64,000 nucleotides of DNA from Glaucostegus cemiculus (lineage: Eukaryota). A program made the position numbers and the translations under genes. The notes below the pieces were generated by a model. That model searched no databases and was not told where the DNA came from. It worked only from the letters and a program-made list of their open reading frames with translations. Below, piece after piece: positions 45,301 to 53,993 of the stretch; position 1 is the first letter of the stretch, and every line of letters begins with the position of its first letter. The stretch covers positions 25,978,001-26,042,000 of the forward strand of contig CDPCPM010000073.1 in assembly GCA_976551045.1 (NCBI GenBank), read 5' to 3'.

Positions 45301-48300
45301 TATGGCTTTGCCTAATGTTGTGACCATAACAGAGATCCTTCCAACACTCCAGATATTATCGATCTGCTTCGAGGATGAGAAACTCCTTGAAACATTTCTT
45401 CTAGCAGAACTGGGGGCACTTTTCTTCCTTTAGCTCACTATGACAGTCACCTCATGTGATCTGACTTGGCCATCACATCTATGTGGAATGTCTGCCCATG
45501 TGCAAACCATGTGCCTTGACCCACATCTTGACATTTTATCTTTCTTCAGAGGTTTACATTAGCCCAACAAAGTCATAAGAGATGGGGAAAATTATGGACC
45601 TCCAAATTTGAGAAATAGATTTTTAGATTTTAAAGGAATCAGGGTATGTGGGAATAGTTCAGGAAAGTGGTGCCGAGGGAAAAGATCAGCAATAATCTTA
45701 TTGAATGGAGGAACAAACATAAAGGGGATGAATGACCCACACTTGCTTTTATTTTTTGCTGTTCTTACTTTCTTATTTTGTGTTGAAGCTAGCTTTGGCT
45801 GATCCACTATCAGTTACCATAAATTTACCAACACCAGTTGCGTAAAATGCAATACTGACATTCACAAGATCTTTTGTATTCTCTCCCTCACCTCATTGCA
45901 ACTAAAATCTAATTTTAAAAAAATTTCCATCTCTATTCTGATGAAGAGTCTTTGACATGAAATGTTAACTCCCGTTTCTTTCTATAGATGTTGCCTGAAC
46001 TACTGAGTGTTTCCCACATTCTGTTTTTATGCCTGCTGTTCTCTTAAAACTTGCATCAACCTTAAAATTTCTTCTAAATTAAACTGGCTCATATTTTTAA
46101 AATACTCACAGCAATTTAGAGCTCTATCTTCTCTGAGGGGTCAACTAACAGAACTTGATTCAACTGAATTTTTAACTCCCTTCATCTATGTTCACAAGCA
46201 CACTTCATACCAGGGACATATTTTAAAGGAACATCGACACATTGGCACATAATCTTTTCAAGGATCTCTCCACTTTAATAACCTGATTAATTAGTAATAT
46301 AATCCTAGGGTATATAAATCACAAATCTTAGATTTTCAGCATTCTTGCTATGTTTTTTCTAAAGAAAATATGATCCGTCAAGTCTGCATTGCTGTATATG
46401 CTATAAAAATACTGAAACAAAAATACATCAAAATCCACTCATCCTTCTTGTAGCTATGGGTTTAAATTACATAACTTCACATAAAAGATACATATATACT
46501 TTCAAGTACTGTTCTGCCCATCATAAAATAGGCCCTTGCATACCCCTTTCAAATCAAAGTTAAATTTGAGCTTAATTTTCACTGATATTTCCTACTAATC
46601 ATTTGTTTGAAATATTAGATAACTATATGGAAATACAGGGAGGCTCTATCATGTAAATTCTGGAGTTTGTTTCCAGAACAATGCAAACATTTCCTGCTGC
46701 TTATATGTGATGCATGTTTTTTTAAATTTAAGTTGGTACTTTCAGAGTAATATTTTTATACTTTCAGAGTAATATTTTTATCTTTCATTATGTTTGCATT
46801 TTACTAAGATTAAAAGAATAAGAGCTATAGCAATCTAAATTTAATATTATTTTCTGTAATAAATCGCGTGCAACAATAACCAGGGCAGGAGGACTGAGAT
46901 CCATGGCCAATGCAAGGGAGTTAAGGCCACTTCTAATCAGTCACAAATGGATCTTGAACAGCTTAGACAATGCTACTTATGGGACCAAAAAAGGGACAAG
47001 GATTCAACTGAAGGGACATAGATTCAACATGGGAAGTCAAAAAGGGTCCAAGAATTTTCAAAATATTTTTATGAAGAATTAAGGACCAGAAGAACAACTC
47101 CTTACTTCACAGAGTGACCAAGACCAACGCCATTCTAGCCCCTACCCAGTTATCTCCTCCTGTTGGATTTGCTTCTGCCCTTCATACGAGTTGAAATGCT
47201 TATGGTTCAGAGAGGACCTACAGACAGCAGAATTTTTTTTGTCTAGGTGGATCTAATGATAATTTGCATACATTGGGACAGATTTTGCAGAAAACTACTC
47301 AGAGTCCTTCATGTATGTACGACCATTTGGGATTTCTAGAGAAAGGTGACCAAATTTGCCAGCCATTATTCACAAGCAATTTCCTGACTGCTCTCTGATA
47401 TCATTGAAATGCAAAGCTGTGCCAATTCCCAGCACTTCAGTTGGGGAATCTGTATGTTGAACCTGTGCCAGATTAGCCCAGGTGCAGAAATAACAGCTGC
47501 ATATTTGAAAGAAGTGGAACATCTGCAAGGGAACAGGATAGTAGCTCATTTGTTTTGATTAAATGTTTCTAATGGTTCTTGTATTTAGTTTTTATTTATA
47601 TTTAAATTAATAATTTGATTTACTTTGTAATAGTTTTCCAACATTTCTGAATGCCAGAGATTTTCCATTGGTTTGATAGTCACCTAATCACTCCGCTACC
47701 ACTATGATGGTGCCCTTCTGCTTGCTTGGGCCTTGCCATTGAAGACTGAGCCCACTTTGGAGCCAAGGCTGAAACTGGGGGCCTGCAAAAGTTCAGGCTT
47801 TTCCAGCACTGCCAGAAAATTCTGGCCCAATGATATTTTGCTTACACAGTGCATAGTAATTATACAAAGTGGTGCATTCAGGGAAATATCTAATATCAGT
47901 CACAAATAAGACCATCTTTATTATATAAAGCTTTCTCTCTTATTTGCTCATCTTCCATCATTATTTATGGTAGGGAATTTCTTTCATTACAATTATTTTC
48001 TTAATCTCTCACTCATTTCTTTGGTCATGGATTTTAAATTAATATCCTGTAGTTAATAATTGACTAATATTAAGTTGCCCTCTTTAAATAATCACATTTG
48101 ATCATAATTTTGACCACATTTTAGATAAAAGGGAAAGCACAAAAAGTACCAGATTTCAGTAATCATAGACAAAATCTCACTGTTTTCTTTCTAGATGCTT
48201 CTTTCCTTAGCACATGCAAAATTGGAGAGAATATTCTGACAACTGTCTAACCAACAGGACTGTTATTTGAGGCAATTATGTAGTTAGTCGGTTGATACAT

Positions 48301-49561
48301 TGGAATGTTTTACTATCTATGAATAAAGAGTCATGAAATAAATATTTTTATCAGGATATGTCAAAAATATGCTAAAGTCTTGAAATATCCAAGTATATAA
48401 ACCTAGTGCATGATTAATCACACACTAGTCTAGCAGTAAATGCTGGAAAACCTCAGTCAGGCAGCATCTGTGGAAAGAGAAACAATCAATGTTTTGGGCC
48501 TGCAACCTTTCTTCAGACCTAGTCAGTGAACATCTTTGAACTATGCTTTAAAGAAAATATGCATCTTTCATCTTACTATACTTGCAAATTGCTTTGGAGG
48601 CTTACCTCTTCGTGAACCATGCTTATGGTTCATAAAACTGCTTGGCAGACACTGCCACTGTACCAGAATGGCCATAATCAGTCACAATTGACGTCCTTCA
48701 TAATGCTGACCATAATCAATACTCTCCTATAGTGAAGCCAAGGCTTTGAGATGTTCAAATGGTCAATCACTAATTAACTTTTTTAATCAATACTTTGCTC
48801 TTTCTATACAGTTTGAAATCTGTGCAGTTGAAACTGGTACATTGAACCTTTGCTTGAATGTCAACAGCCAACCCTGCAATCATTTTATTTTTGATTCTGA
48901 ACTACCAAAATAATTTTATTATGCAAGCATTACAACATGTCACAACATTATTTTGCTTCTCAGTCACTGCATGCAATGCATTAGTTAATTCTGCTTTCTG
49001 GAAATACTCATTAACAGGCTTTTACATGAACACAGCCAGGTAATCACTGACAGAAAAACCAATAAGGAAATTGGCAGCATAGACAAATCTTTCACTGTTA
49101 AAGAATGTTTTGTTCTTTTGGTTATAATGCTTCCAAATGCACTGTGTTCTCTAACCTGTTGAGTCCAGGTTATATTTTAATATTGCTCATTTCAGACACA
49201 CTGAATACAAAGGAAACATTGGCACTGGTAAGTTTCCTGGAATTTGCTGGCAGTCTTAGGGTTAGTAAGTTTTTTTTGCTTTGACATAAATATGGCTAAT
49301 AGGCAAATTAAATGACTAACCTGTTTACCTGATCAAATTGCACCTGTGCTGGCAGAATCCATTTAACTCTTTAAAGTACAATTGCCAAGAATAAGGAGAT
49401 GTTTTGGGGTAGTATATAATAACTACAATATTAGGTGATTAACAAATGTTACTAATCTCTTATTGCTACTTGTTTAATTCATACCCTCTGTCCATTTCCA
49501 GTGTTTCTGAGTGGTGATATGCATAGTTTTCAAAGCATTCATTATCTTCTTGATGGTTCAT
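243..49561 (-). CDS. TMC5: Transmembrane channel-like protein 5, spliced gene span (17 coding exons in window; 3' end lies beyond position 1)
   Basis: The joined exons give one open frame of 733 codons with TMC motifs [54 protein letters not shown] and CGPFRGL. The N-terminal SETLEMDRG and VNPGF segments and the exon order match recalled TMC5. All intron phases are compatible. Confidence 0.9.
927..1205 (+). mobile_element. tRNA-derived SINE (V-type)
   Basis: A-box/B-box (gggttcaattc) and central ggagtttgtacgt...ctgcgtggttttcctcc. Confidence 0.9.
1500..2300 (-). mobile_element. Degenerate L2-like LINE
   Basis: Reverse-complement similarity to 62200-62750. Confidence 0.5.
2530..3075 (-). mobile_element. 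Rex1/Babar-like 3' fragment
   Basis: Tail ggtttattattgtcacatg...cagtgaaaagct; inverse of the tail at 39670-39818. Confidence 0.65.
3226..3393 (-). CDS. TMC5: TMC5 exon ([13 protein letters not shown]...[11 protein letters not shown])
   Basis: 168 nt, phase 2-2; CGPF motif. Confidence 0.96.
4653..6104 (+). repeat. ~215-bp local direct duplication (4653-4871 and 5893-6104)
   Basis: Shared block ataatgacatctggtttaatgctgtgcacatcattctctttcagggcattcctta. Confidence 0.9.
5094..5227 (-). CDS. TMC5: TMC5 exon ([21 protein letters not shown]...GVTVW)
   Basis: 134 nt, phase 0-2. Confidence 0.96.
5700..7200 (-). mobile_element. Old CR1 remnant, interrupted by a local duplication at 5893-6104
   Basis: Degenerate CR1 3' tail and RT-like sequence similar to the 19-21 kb element. 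Confidence 0.65.
8233..8308 (-). CDS. TMC5: TMC5 exon ([25 protein letters not shown])
   Basis: 76 nt, phase 2-0. Confidence 0.96.
8406..8501 (-). CDS. TMC5: TMC5 exon ([32 protein letters not shown])
   Basis: 96 nt, phase 2-2. Confidence 0.97.
9037..9134 (-). CDS. TMC5: TMC5 exon ([32 protein letters not shown]), start of TMC domain
   Basis: 98 nt, phase 0-2; CWET signature. Confidence 0.97.
9267..9342 (-). CDS. TMC5: TMC5 exon ([25 protein letters not shown])
   Basis: 76 nt, phase 2-0. Confidence 0.93.
9535..10165 (-). mobile_element. Penelope-like element fragment (GIY-YIG region)
   Basis: [15 protein letters not shown]...EKQHQI resembles the PLE endonuclease C-terminus. Confidence 0.7.
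10176..10468 (+). mobile_element. tRNA-derived SINE, related subfamily
   Basis: gggttccatc B-box, ggagtttgcacattctcc core. Confidence 0.8.
10500..11340 (+). mobile_element. Penelope-like element fragment with terminal repeat
   Basis: [16 protein letters not shown] motifs; terminal ...agtatttccagcatttattg. Confidence 0.7.
11472..11641 (-). CDS. TMC5: TMC5 exon (VVQKDPTK...[12 protein letters not shown]...[15 protein letters not shown])
   Basis: 170 nt, phase 0-2. Confidence 0.93.
13175..13440 (-). mobile_element. CR1 3' fragment
   Basis: Translation ...[23 protein letters not shown] resembles the CR1 ORF2 end. Confidence 0.7.
13583..15311 (+). repeat. ~150-bp diverged direct duplication (13583-13736 and 15161-15311)
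   Basis: tgataaagttcaa...aatttaccatta...ctctccataa occurs in both copies. Confidence 0.8.
14725..15030 (-). mobile_element. Rex1/Babar 3' fragment
   Basis: Close match to 38240-38555. Confidence 0.75.
16425..16715 (-). mobile_element. Old SINE
   Basis: gggatgtgggaggaaactgaaacacccgaggg is the inverse of the SINE core. Confidence 0.75.
18165..18320 (-). CDS. TMC5: TMC5 exon (EMLSDKMRY...[15 protein letters not shown])
   Basis: 156 nt, phase 0-0, canonical splice sites. Confidence 0.92.
18859..19036 (-). mobile_element. 3' end of a second CR1-type family
   Basis: Tail cacaagaccacaag plus hairpin ggccattcagccc; similar to 29966-30315. Confidence 0.75.
19037..21553 (-). mobile_element. Young 5'-truncated CR1 LINE: C-terminal part of the APE endonuclease plus a complete reverse transcriptase
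   Basis: ORF 19128-21581 without stops: [19 protein letters not shown] (APE); [32 protein letters not shown] (RT). 3' hairpin (ggcccttcggccc) and 8-bp tail repeats (TATTGTTC)n at ~19037-19068. GC- and CpG-rich compared with the flanks. Confidence 0.97.
21963..22107 (-). CDS. TMC5: TMC5 exon (IAKSFNENF...[26 protein letters not shown])
   Basis: 145 nt, phase 2-0; TMC WDF motif. Confidence 0.95.
22275..23830. mobile_element. Penelope-like element fragments in inverted arrangement (minus ~22275-23370, plus ~23395-23830)
   Basis: Terminal motifs at both ends facing outward; internal PLE-like coding remnants. Confidence 0.6.
24129..24280 (-). CDS. TMC5: TMC5 exon ([13 protein letters not shown]...YNMQLAY...SLVY)
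   Basis: 152 nt, phase 0-2, canonical splice sites. Confidence 0.95.
25626..25874 (-). CDS. TMC5: TMC5 exon (SLRRFREN...[20 protein letters not shown]...GLELLTGA)
   Basis: 249 nt, phase 0-0, canonical splice sites, TMC first transmembrane region. Confidence 0.95.
27500..27760 (+). mobile_element. CR1 3' fragment
   Basis: Reads [24 protein letters not shown], followed by the 3' hairpin. Confidence 0.8.
28755..28793 (+). ncRNA. Degenerate hammerhead motif
   Basis: CAGTT-CTGATGA-A-AGGTC-ATT-GACCT-GTAAT; perfect helix II, but the GAAA box is mutated. Confidence 0.55.
29258..29348 (-). CDS. TMC5: TMC5 exon ([30 protein letters not shown])
   Basis: cag| acceptor after a pyrimidine tract, |gtaagt donor, phase 2-0. 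Confidence 0.82.
29966..30315 (-). mobile_element. CR1 3' fragment
   Basis: Tail cacaagatcacaag, hairpin, and ORF2 C-terminal sequence. Confidence 0.8.
30700..30950 (+). pseudogene. Harbinger transposase C-terminal remnant
   Basis: [23 protein letters not shown] resembles ALQY....IILACCVLHN. Confidence 0.5.
31292..31575 (+). mobile_element. tRNA-derived SINE, same family
   Basis: Matches 927-1205; tail atcttatctt. Confidence 0.9.
31580..32100 (-). pseudogene. Degenerate Harbinger/HARBI1-like transposase fragment
   Basis: [12 protein letters not shown] and [17 protein letters not shown] resemble recalled Harbinger motifs GISQASMSRCV and WLLGDSSF. Confidence 0.45.
32169..32207 (+). ncRNA. 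Minimal hammerhead motif
   Basis: CAGTT-CTGATGA-TAGATC-TAT-GACCT-GAAAC-ATT-AACTG; perfect 5-bp helix I. Confidence 0.65.
32994..33030 (-). ncRNA. Minimal hammerhead motif with intact ACGT palindrome
   Basis: Minus strand AATT-CTGATGA-AGAGTC-TCA-GACCT-GAAACGTT-AATT. Confidence 0.7.
34404..34506 (-). CDS. TMC5: TMC5 exon ([35 protein letters not shown])
   Basis: cag| acceptor, AG|gtacaa donor, phase 1-2; TMC N-terminal helix motif. Confidence 0.9.
35322..35733 (-). CDS. TMC5: Probable alternative first coding exon of TMC5 ([13 protein letters not shown]...NDARWK, 137 aa)
   Basis: ATG with A at -3; 412 nt open in AT-rich non-repeat sequence; donor AAAG|gtaatg, phase 1, compatible with the next exon at 34506. 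Confidence 0.65.
36330..37060. mobile_element. Penelope-like 3' end (minus) with an inverted GIY-YIG piece (plus, ~36860-37060)
   Basis: gaaaatgaggtgttgttcc at 36841 is the inverse of acaacacctcattttcc at 37021; terminal motif contains a hammerhead core. Confidence 0.72.
36419..36456 (-). ncRNA. Minimal type I hammerhead ribozyme motif (Penelope-associated)
   Basis: Minus strand CAGTC-CTGAAGA-A-GGGTC-CT-GATCC-GAAAC-ATT-AACTG: both core boxes, helix II and helix I arms. Confidence 0.7.
38228..39245 (-). mobile_element. Rex1/Babar-type LINE fragment
   Basis: Frameshifted RT: [55 protein letters not shown]; 3' tail at ~38228. Confidence 0.88.
39470..39604 (-). CDS. TMC5: TMC5 exon ([12 protein letters not shown]...ISNQES)
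   Basis: Acceptor ...ggatag|TT; donor G|gtaagc; 135 nt, phase 1-1. Confidence 0.8.
40513..40706 (-). CDS. TMC5: TMC5 exon ([10 protein letters not shown]...[17 protein letters not shown]...NNTGF)
   Basis: Acceptor ctctgttag|T, phase 2; donor G|gtatgt, phase 1; 194 nt open. Confidence 0.8.
43585..44340 (-). mobile_element. Tx1/L1-clade LINE 3' remnant (probably continuing at ~45080-45560)
   Basis: Degenerate C-terminus resembling NLLVFQ...CCQL...[11 protein letters not shown]; poly(A) signal at ~43591. Confidence 0.6.
45935..45970 (+). ncRNA. Degenerate hammerhead motif
   Basis: CTGATGA-AGAGTC-TTT-GACAT-GAAAT-GTT-AACT. Confidence 0.5.
46737..46780 (+). repeat. 22-bp tandem duplication
   Basis: (tactttcagagtaatattttta)x2. 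Confidence 0.9.
49485..49561 (-). CDS. TMC5: TMC5 first coding exon ([26 protein letters not shown]); the exon probably begins at acceptor 49639 with 5' UTR
   Basis: ATG at 49561; donor GG|gtatga, phase 2; upstream acceptor tttttaag|. Resembles recalled TMC5 SETPKMTRG. Confidence 0.75.
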
Positions 49562-49726
49562 TGTGATGAATATATTTCTTAAAGGTTTTGGTTCTCTAGT
49601 CCAATGGCAAAATTCTTTGTTTCTGATGAGGCATCTAACCTTAAAAATTAAACAACATAATGTAAGCACCAAAAACAATACAATCATTGTACTCTTCATT
49701 TCAATTCAAGCAGATTATTTTATAAG

Positions 49727-50404
49727 ACCATGAATCTTGTGTTAACTAAAGTAATGTAATTACAAGGACCGGAATACAAGGACCTGAATTTGGTCTGGTA
49801 GGCAACTGTTCCTCTCTGGTGCTTAAAGGTGGTTTTGAGCTCTTACAACAGCTTTCATTAAAAAAATAAGATCAGAACGACAATATTTTTAACCAGTAAT
49901 CAACCTGTAAAATTAATATTTTAGCAATGACACTACCTAAATACAAAATTGCACAAAATAAATAATCTACTTTGGGTCCCAAGGGCAGCACAGTAGCATA
50001 ACTCTTTAGCACAACACTTTAGCACCAGTGCCAACGACCTGGGTTCGAATCCGGCCACTGTCTGTAAGGAGTTTATACGCTCTCCCTGTGTCTGTGTGGG
50101 TTTCTTCCAGGTGCTCCGGTTTCCTCTCACATTCCAAAGACGTACAGGTTACGAAGTTATAGGCATGCTATGTTGGCACCGGAAGCATGGCAACACTTGC
50201 GGGCTGCCCCCCAGTATCACTGAACAAAAAGGTGTACATCGAAACACATGTGACTAATAAAGATCTTACCTTACCTTAAGTTATTTTAATAACATTGCTT
50301 TTGGTTGTAGACCATAGAGGGACAGTTGCCTGCCAGAGCAAATTCAGGTCCTTGTATTAAGGTCCCTCTAATTATATTACTTGGGTTAACACAAGATACA
50401 TGGT
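49727..50404. mobile_element. Long inverted repeat / MITE-like element with a SINE inside
   Basis: 49727-49820 is the imperfect reverse complement of 50311-50404 (e.g. aatacaaggacctgaatttg / caaattcaggtccttgtatt). Confidence 0.75.
49983..50278 (+). mobile_element. tRNA-derived SINE, same family
   Basis: B-box gggttcgaatcc; tail (ccttac)n. Confidence 0.9.
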
Positions 50405-52825
50405 GTTCTACAATACAAACATGTTAATAGCCCCAAATCTGTGGTTATAACAAGAAAGTATTTGTCATGAAAATTCTTCATAATATGTAAAACAGGTGGA
50501 ATCTTCTGATGCATGCAAATGCTCAGTTAAATCTGGAAATTAGAAAGCCAGTGATAACCTGCTTCTACACAAGTAACACTATGATAACCTTTGCAACTAA
50601 GATCAAAACGTAATCAGTGATATGACTTGAACTTCAATCTTGTACATTTCATTCTTGTATAATGACCATTGAAATTGCTAATTCTTGCTTAAGGCCTAAC
50701 TGGGTTCTCAATTCTTGCCAAAAAGCATTTCTAGCTATAAAAATAGAAGTTTATAAAAGTTTGGAGTACAATTCTCTTGGAAAAAGATTTGAAAATGCTA
50801 TGATTTTTTAAAAAAGATTATTCATATTTCAGCTTTCACCTTATGCCCATGTGTCCAAATCTTTGTTCCACTTTCTAAAAATGAGTAAAAAATTAAATAT
50901 CACATTTCCCCATTTATGGTCTGTGATATTTCTTCAATTTGATTGGTTGCTCAGTCTACATGATGACAGGGCAAATTGCAATGGAAAAGAATAATGGATG
51001 CCGCAAAACCTATTCAGACTGTGGGTACACTTTCTTTAAATTCTGAACAAAATGACTGTGAAATCCAGGCTGATTTTGTATCTCCTGTTATTTGGCACTC
51101 TGCTAAAGATGAACTATTCGAGTATTCAGCCTTATAGCGCTGGAGTTGTCATTGCAGGATTAGGAACAGGAACCATTGATGAATACACATTTGTTATTTT
51201 TAGTCTGATAATTGTAGACTCAGAAAATAAGAATGTTACAGTATTGTTATTGGGGTATTCTGAAAAGCAGCAATGATTAAGTGCCACTCCCTTGCCCAGA
51301 TTCTTTATTGAAAATTGTCCTTTACTCATCATCCAAATCCTAGTGGTATACCAGTCCTACTATTTCTCTTAACTTCTCCAAGGTCTGTGAAAGTTAATTG
51401 TGACTTAACCAATCATAGAAGGGGACCAAATTTTATGTACCCAGAAAGCCATTTAGATACTGTGTGTAAAGTTAAAAATGCTGAACACAGCTGAAGCTCA
51501 TTTTTCACTGATAAAAGCACAGAAGCACACAGTTGGGCATTTGTGATCATTGAGACATTTTGAATGAAGTATTGAGCATTCAACCTTGCTGATCTAATGG
51601 CACTGAAGAGAAAAACAAGAAAGCTATTGTTATTAAATGGAAATTTACCACATTGAAAAATCATTACATTTTAGTACAAAATGCACTGTGAAAGAAATGT
51701 CTGGTGCTACGTAGGGGAGAGTGACTCGGTCAGTCGTTAATTAAAGACTGAACAGAACATGCTGGAAGCATTAAGCAGGTCAGACAGCATCTGTGAAAAA
51801 ACAAAACAGCCCTGACTAGCAACTGAAAGATAAATAAAATATCATTCTTCAGACTGGCTATGCACTGGCATGCATCTGATAAGGGGGTTGATTGAAATGG
51901 GTGTTTGGTTTGTACAGAAGCAAACAAAGGCAGAATGGGGCCAGAAAATATTGAAACTATATCTTGACCTGCCCTCAAGGTCTTTCAGCATTACCAATGC
52001 TGTAATTTGTGATGCGGAGTTCACAACAAGAAATTAAAAGGGAGAACATTGGGATAAAGAATGTGTTCAGCTCCACTTCTGAGGGGTTTGATTTCACCAA
52101 GAGAACTTACAGCCACATTTTCCAGCTCATTTTTTGACTGGGGGCATTACAACCCTTCAAATTAACAATGAGTTTAATACTTTCAGAATGATTCTGCTTT
52201 TCCCACATACTTTGCTAGACCCATCTTTTGATTCTTACGCCATTACCGTCTCACTTCGCATCACTTTTGATCTTTAACTTTCCTGCCTGCCACCATATTC
52301 TAAGACCTTTTCTTTAATATTTTCTCCTCACCCACTATCCCCACTTCATAAAACCTTTCCTTTATTCCCAATTTTTCCCCTGTTCTGATGGCCTGAAATA
52401 TTAATTTTCTCTCTAGTGATTTGTCTAGGTGGCTGAGTATTTCAAAAGTCTTCTGCTGCTATTTTACATTAATTACTTGTGTGGTGATATTGTGGCGATT
52501 CATAGCACCACTGCCATTTGCTAATATATAGTAGCAAAATTCAGTGTTTCAAAGATGCATCATATCACGTGATATGAGAATGGAGGTAAAACTGCTTTTT
52601 CCTGATGAAAGACCTCATCCTTCATTTCACAATATTGTACCAATGACTTCATCATATCGAATGCATCTTTATGATTTTCTCAAAAGAAAATGCTGGGTAG
52701 AAGCAGAGTCAATAACAAGGAAGATGTATGATTTGGAGTTCAGATCCAAGACAGCTATTGTTGCTCAGAATGAACCACACTGTACAAGTGTCACAGAAGG
52801 AAAGGTGATAGACTTGGGCAACAGA

Positions 52826-53040
52826 GTGGTGTGGGAGCAAACAATGCTGCCTCACAGCTGCAGAAACCCAGATTCAATCTGTCTGTGTGGAGTTTTACAT
52901 TCACCCTTCCCCTGGGAGAGTTTCCTCCAGATGCTGATTTCTTTCCATAGGCCATCATGCTGGTTAGCAGACTGAGTATTGTAAATTGTTCTGAGTGTAG
53001 GTGGATGGCAGGAGAATGGGAAGGGGTGGGTAGTTAATAG
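52826..53040 (+). mobile_element. Old SINE
   Basis: ctgcctcacagc...gattcaatc...ggagttttacatt. Confidence 0.65.
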
Positions 53041-53092
53041 GGATGAAGGAGGACAAAAAAAAAAAATCAGATTGGTTTGGATAGGTTTGAAA

Positions 53093-53127
<35 letters not shown>

Positions 53128-53142
53128 CATACATACACACAC
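53093..53142. repeat. (TA)n/(CA)n compound microsatellite
   Basis: Directly visible. Confidence 0.9.
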
Positions 53143-53155
53143 TTTTTTAAGATGG

Positions 53156-53993
53156 TGTTACAAAACCAGCAACAAAAGAAGCACACCAAATCATACTACA
53201 GTGTTAAAACTACTTTATTAATAACTACTTCTGATAATACGTAAAATAAGAACAAAAAGTTAGTATATTAGTACAAAACAAAATATTGGAATCTTAAACT
53301 ATAACCCCAAAAACTACTCGTCGTGTATGTGTGTCGAATTCCTAAACTCCAAGTCCAGGAATTAGTTCTTAAAGTTCAGTTCAATAAGCCGTAAGATGAA
53401 ACACGAATAAAGGCTTCTTCACAAGCACTGTCCACCGAAGACAAAACATAGATATAGAGAGAACTTAGAGAGGAATCACAAAATCCGAATGTTCCACTCA
53501 GAGTTCAAACAATACTTCAGGGCTTACTCGGTAGTGACTTCCTCACCCCGAAAACTCCTGGATCGTGACCGTCCATGCAAATACCTGTGTTCTTCTACAG
53601 GTTAGCAGCAAAGTGAATTCCGTCACTTTGTTCCATAGTATCTGCCACTCTGAAGAGCATCCAAAATGTGGTTGTCCACGCAAACACCTGTGTCCTTCTA
53701 CAGGTTACCGACAAAGTGAACTCCACTGGACTACTCCAGAAATCCATCCACGGATTTTAGTGACAAACACAGTTACTATCCTTCATCCATCGACAGAAAC
53801 AAAACAGGCTGCCGTCTCTCCTTCTTCTCTCTCTCCGTCTGTTTGTCTCTCTCTCTCTCCTATCTTTTTCTTTCTTGTAATGACCTCATCACGTTAGTCT
53901 TATCTTCTGTTGACGTAATATGTTCTTATAGGCGCGCACACACAATGTCCCATCTTAAAGGGATATTTGCCTATAGTAAGCTACTTCGTAACA
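53156..53993 (-). mobile_element. Solo LTR (838 bp; Gypsy- or ERV-type)
   Basis: Termini TGTTAC...GTAACA; 4-bp TSD ATGG at 53152-53155 and 53994-53997; AATAAA on the minus strand at ~53215; interrupts a CR1 3' fragment (tttaagATGGaggtagatagattc). Confidence 0.88.

Noticed and set aside
52544-52975. 143-aa plus-strand ORF
   Set aside because: Runs into a SINE remnant, has a GTG start and no recognisable homology.
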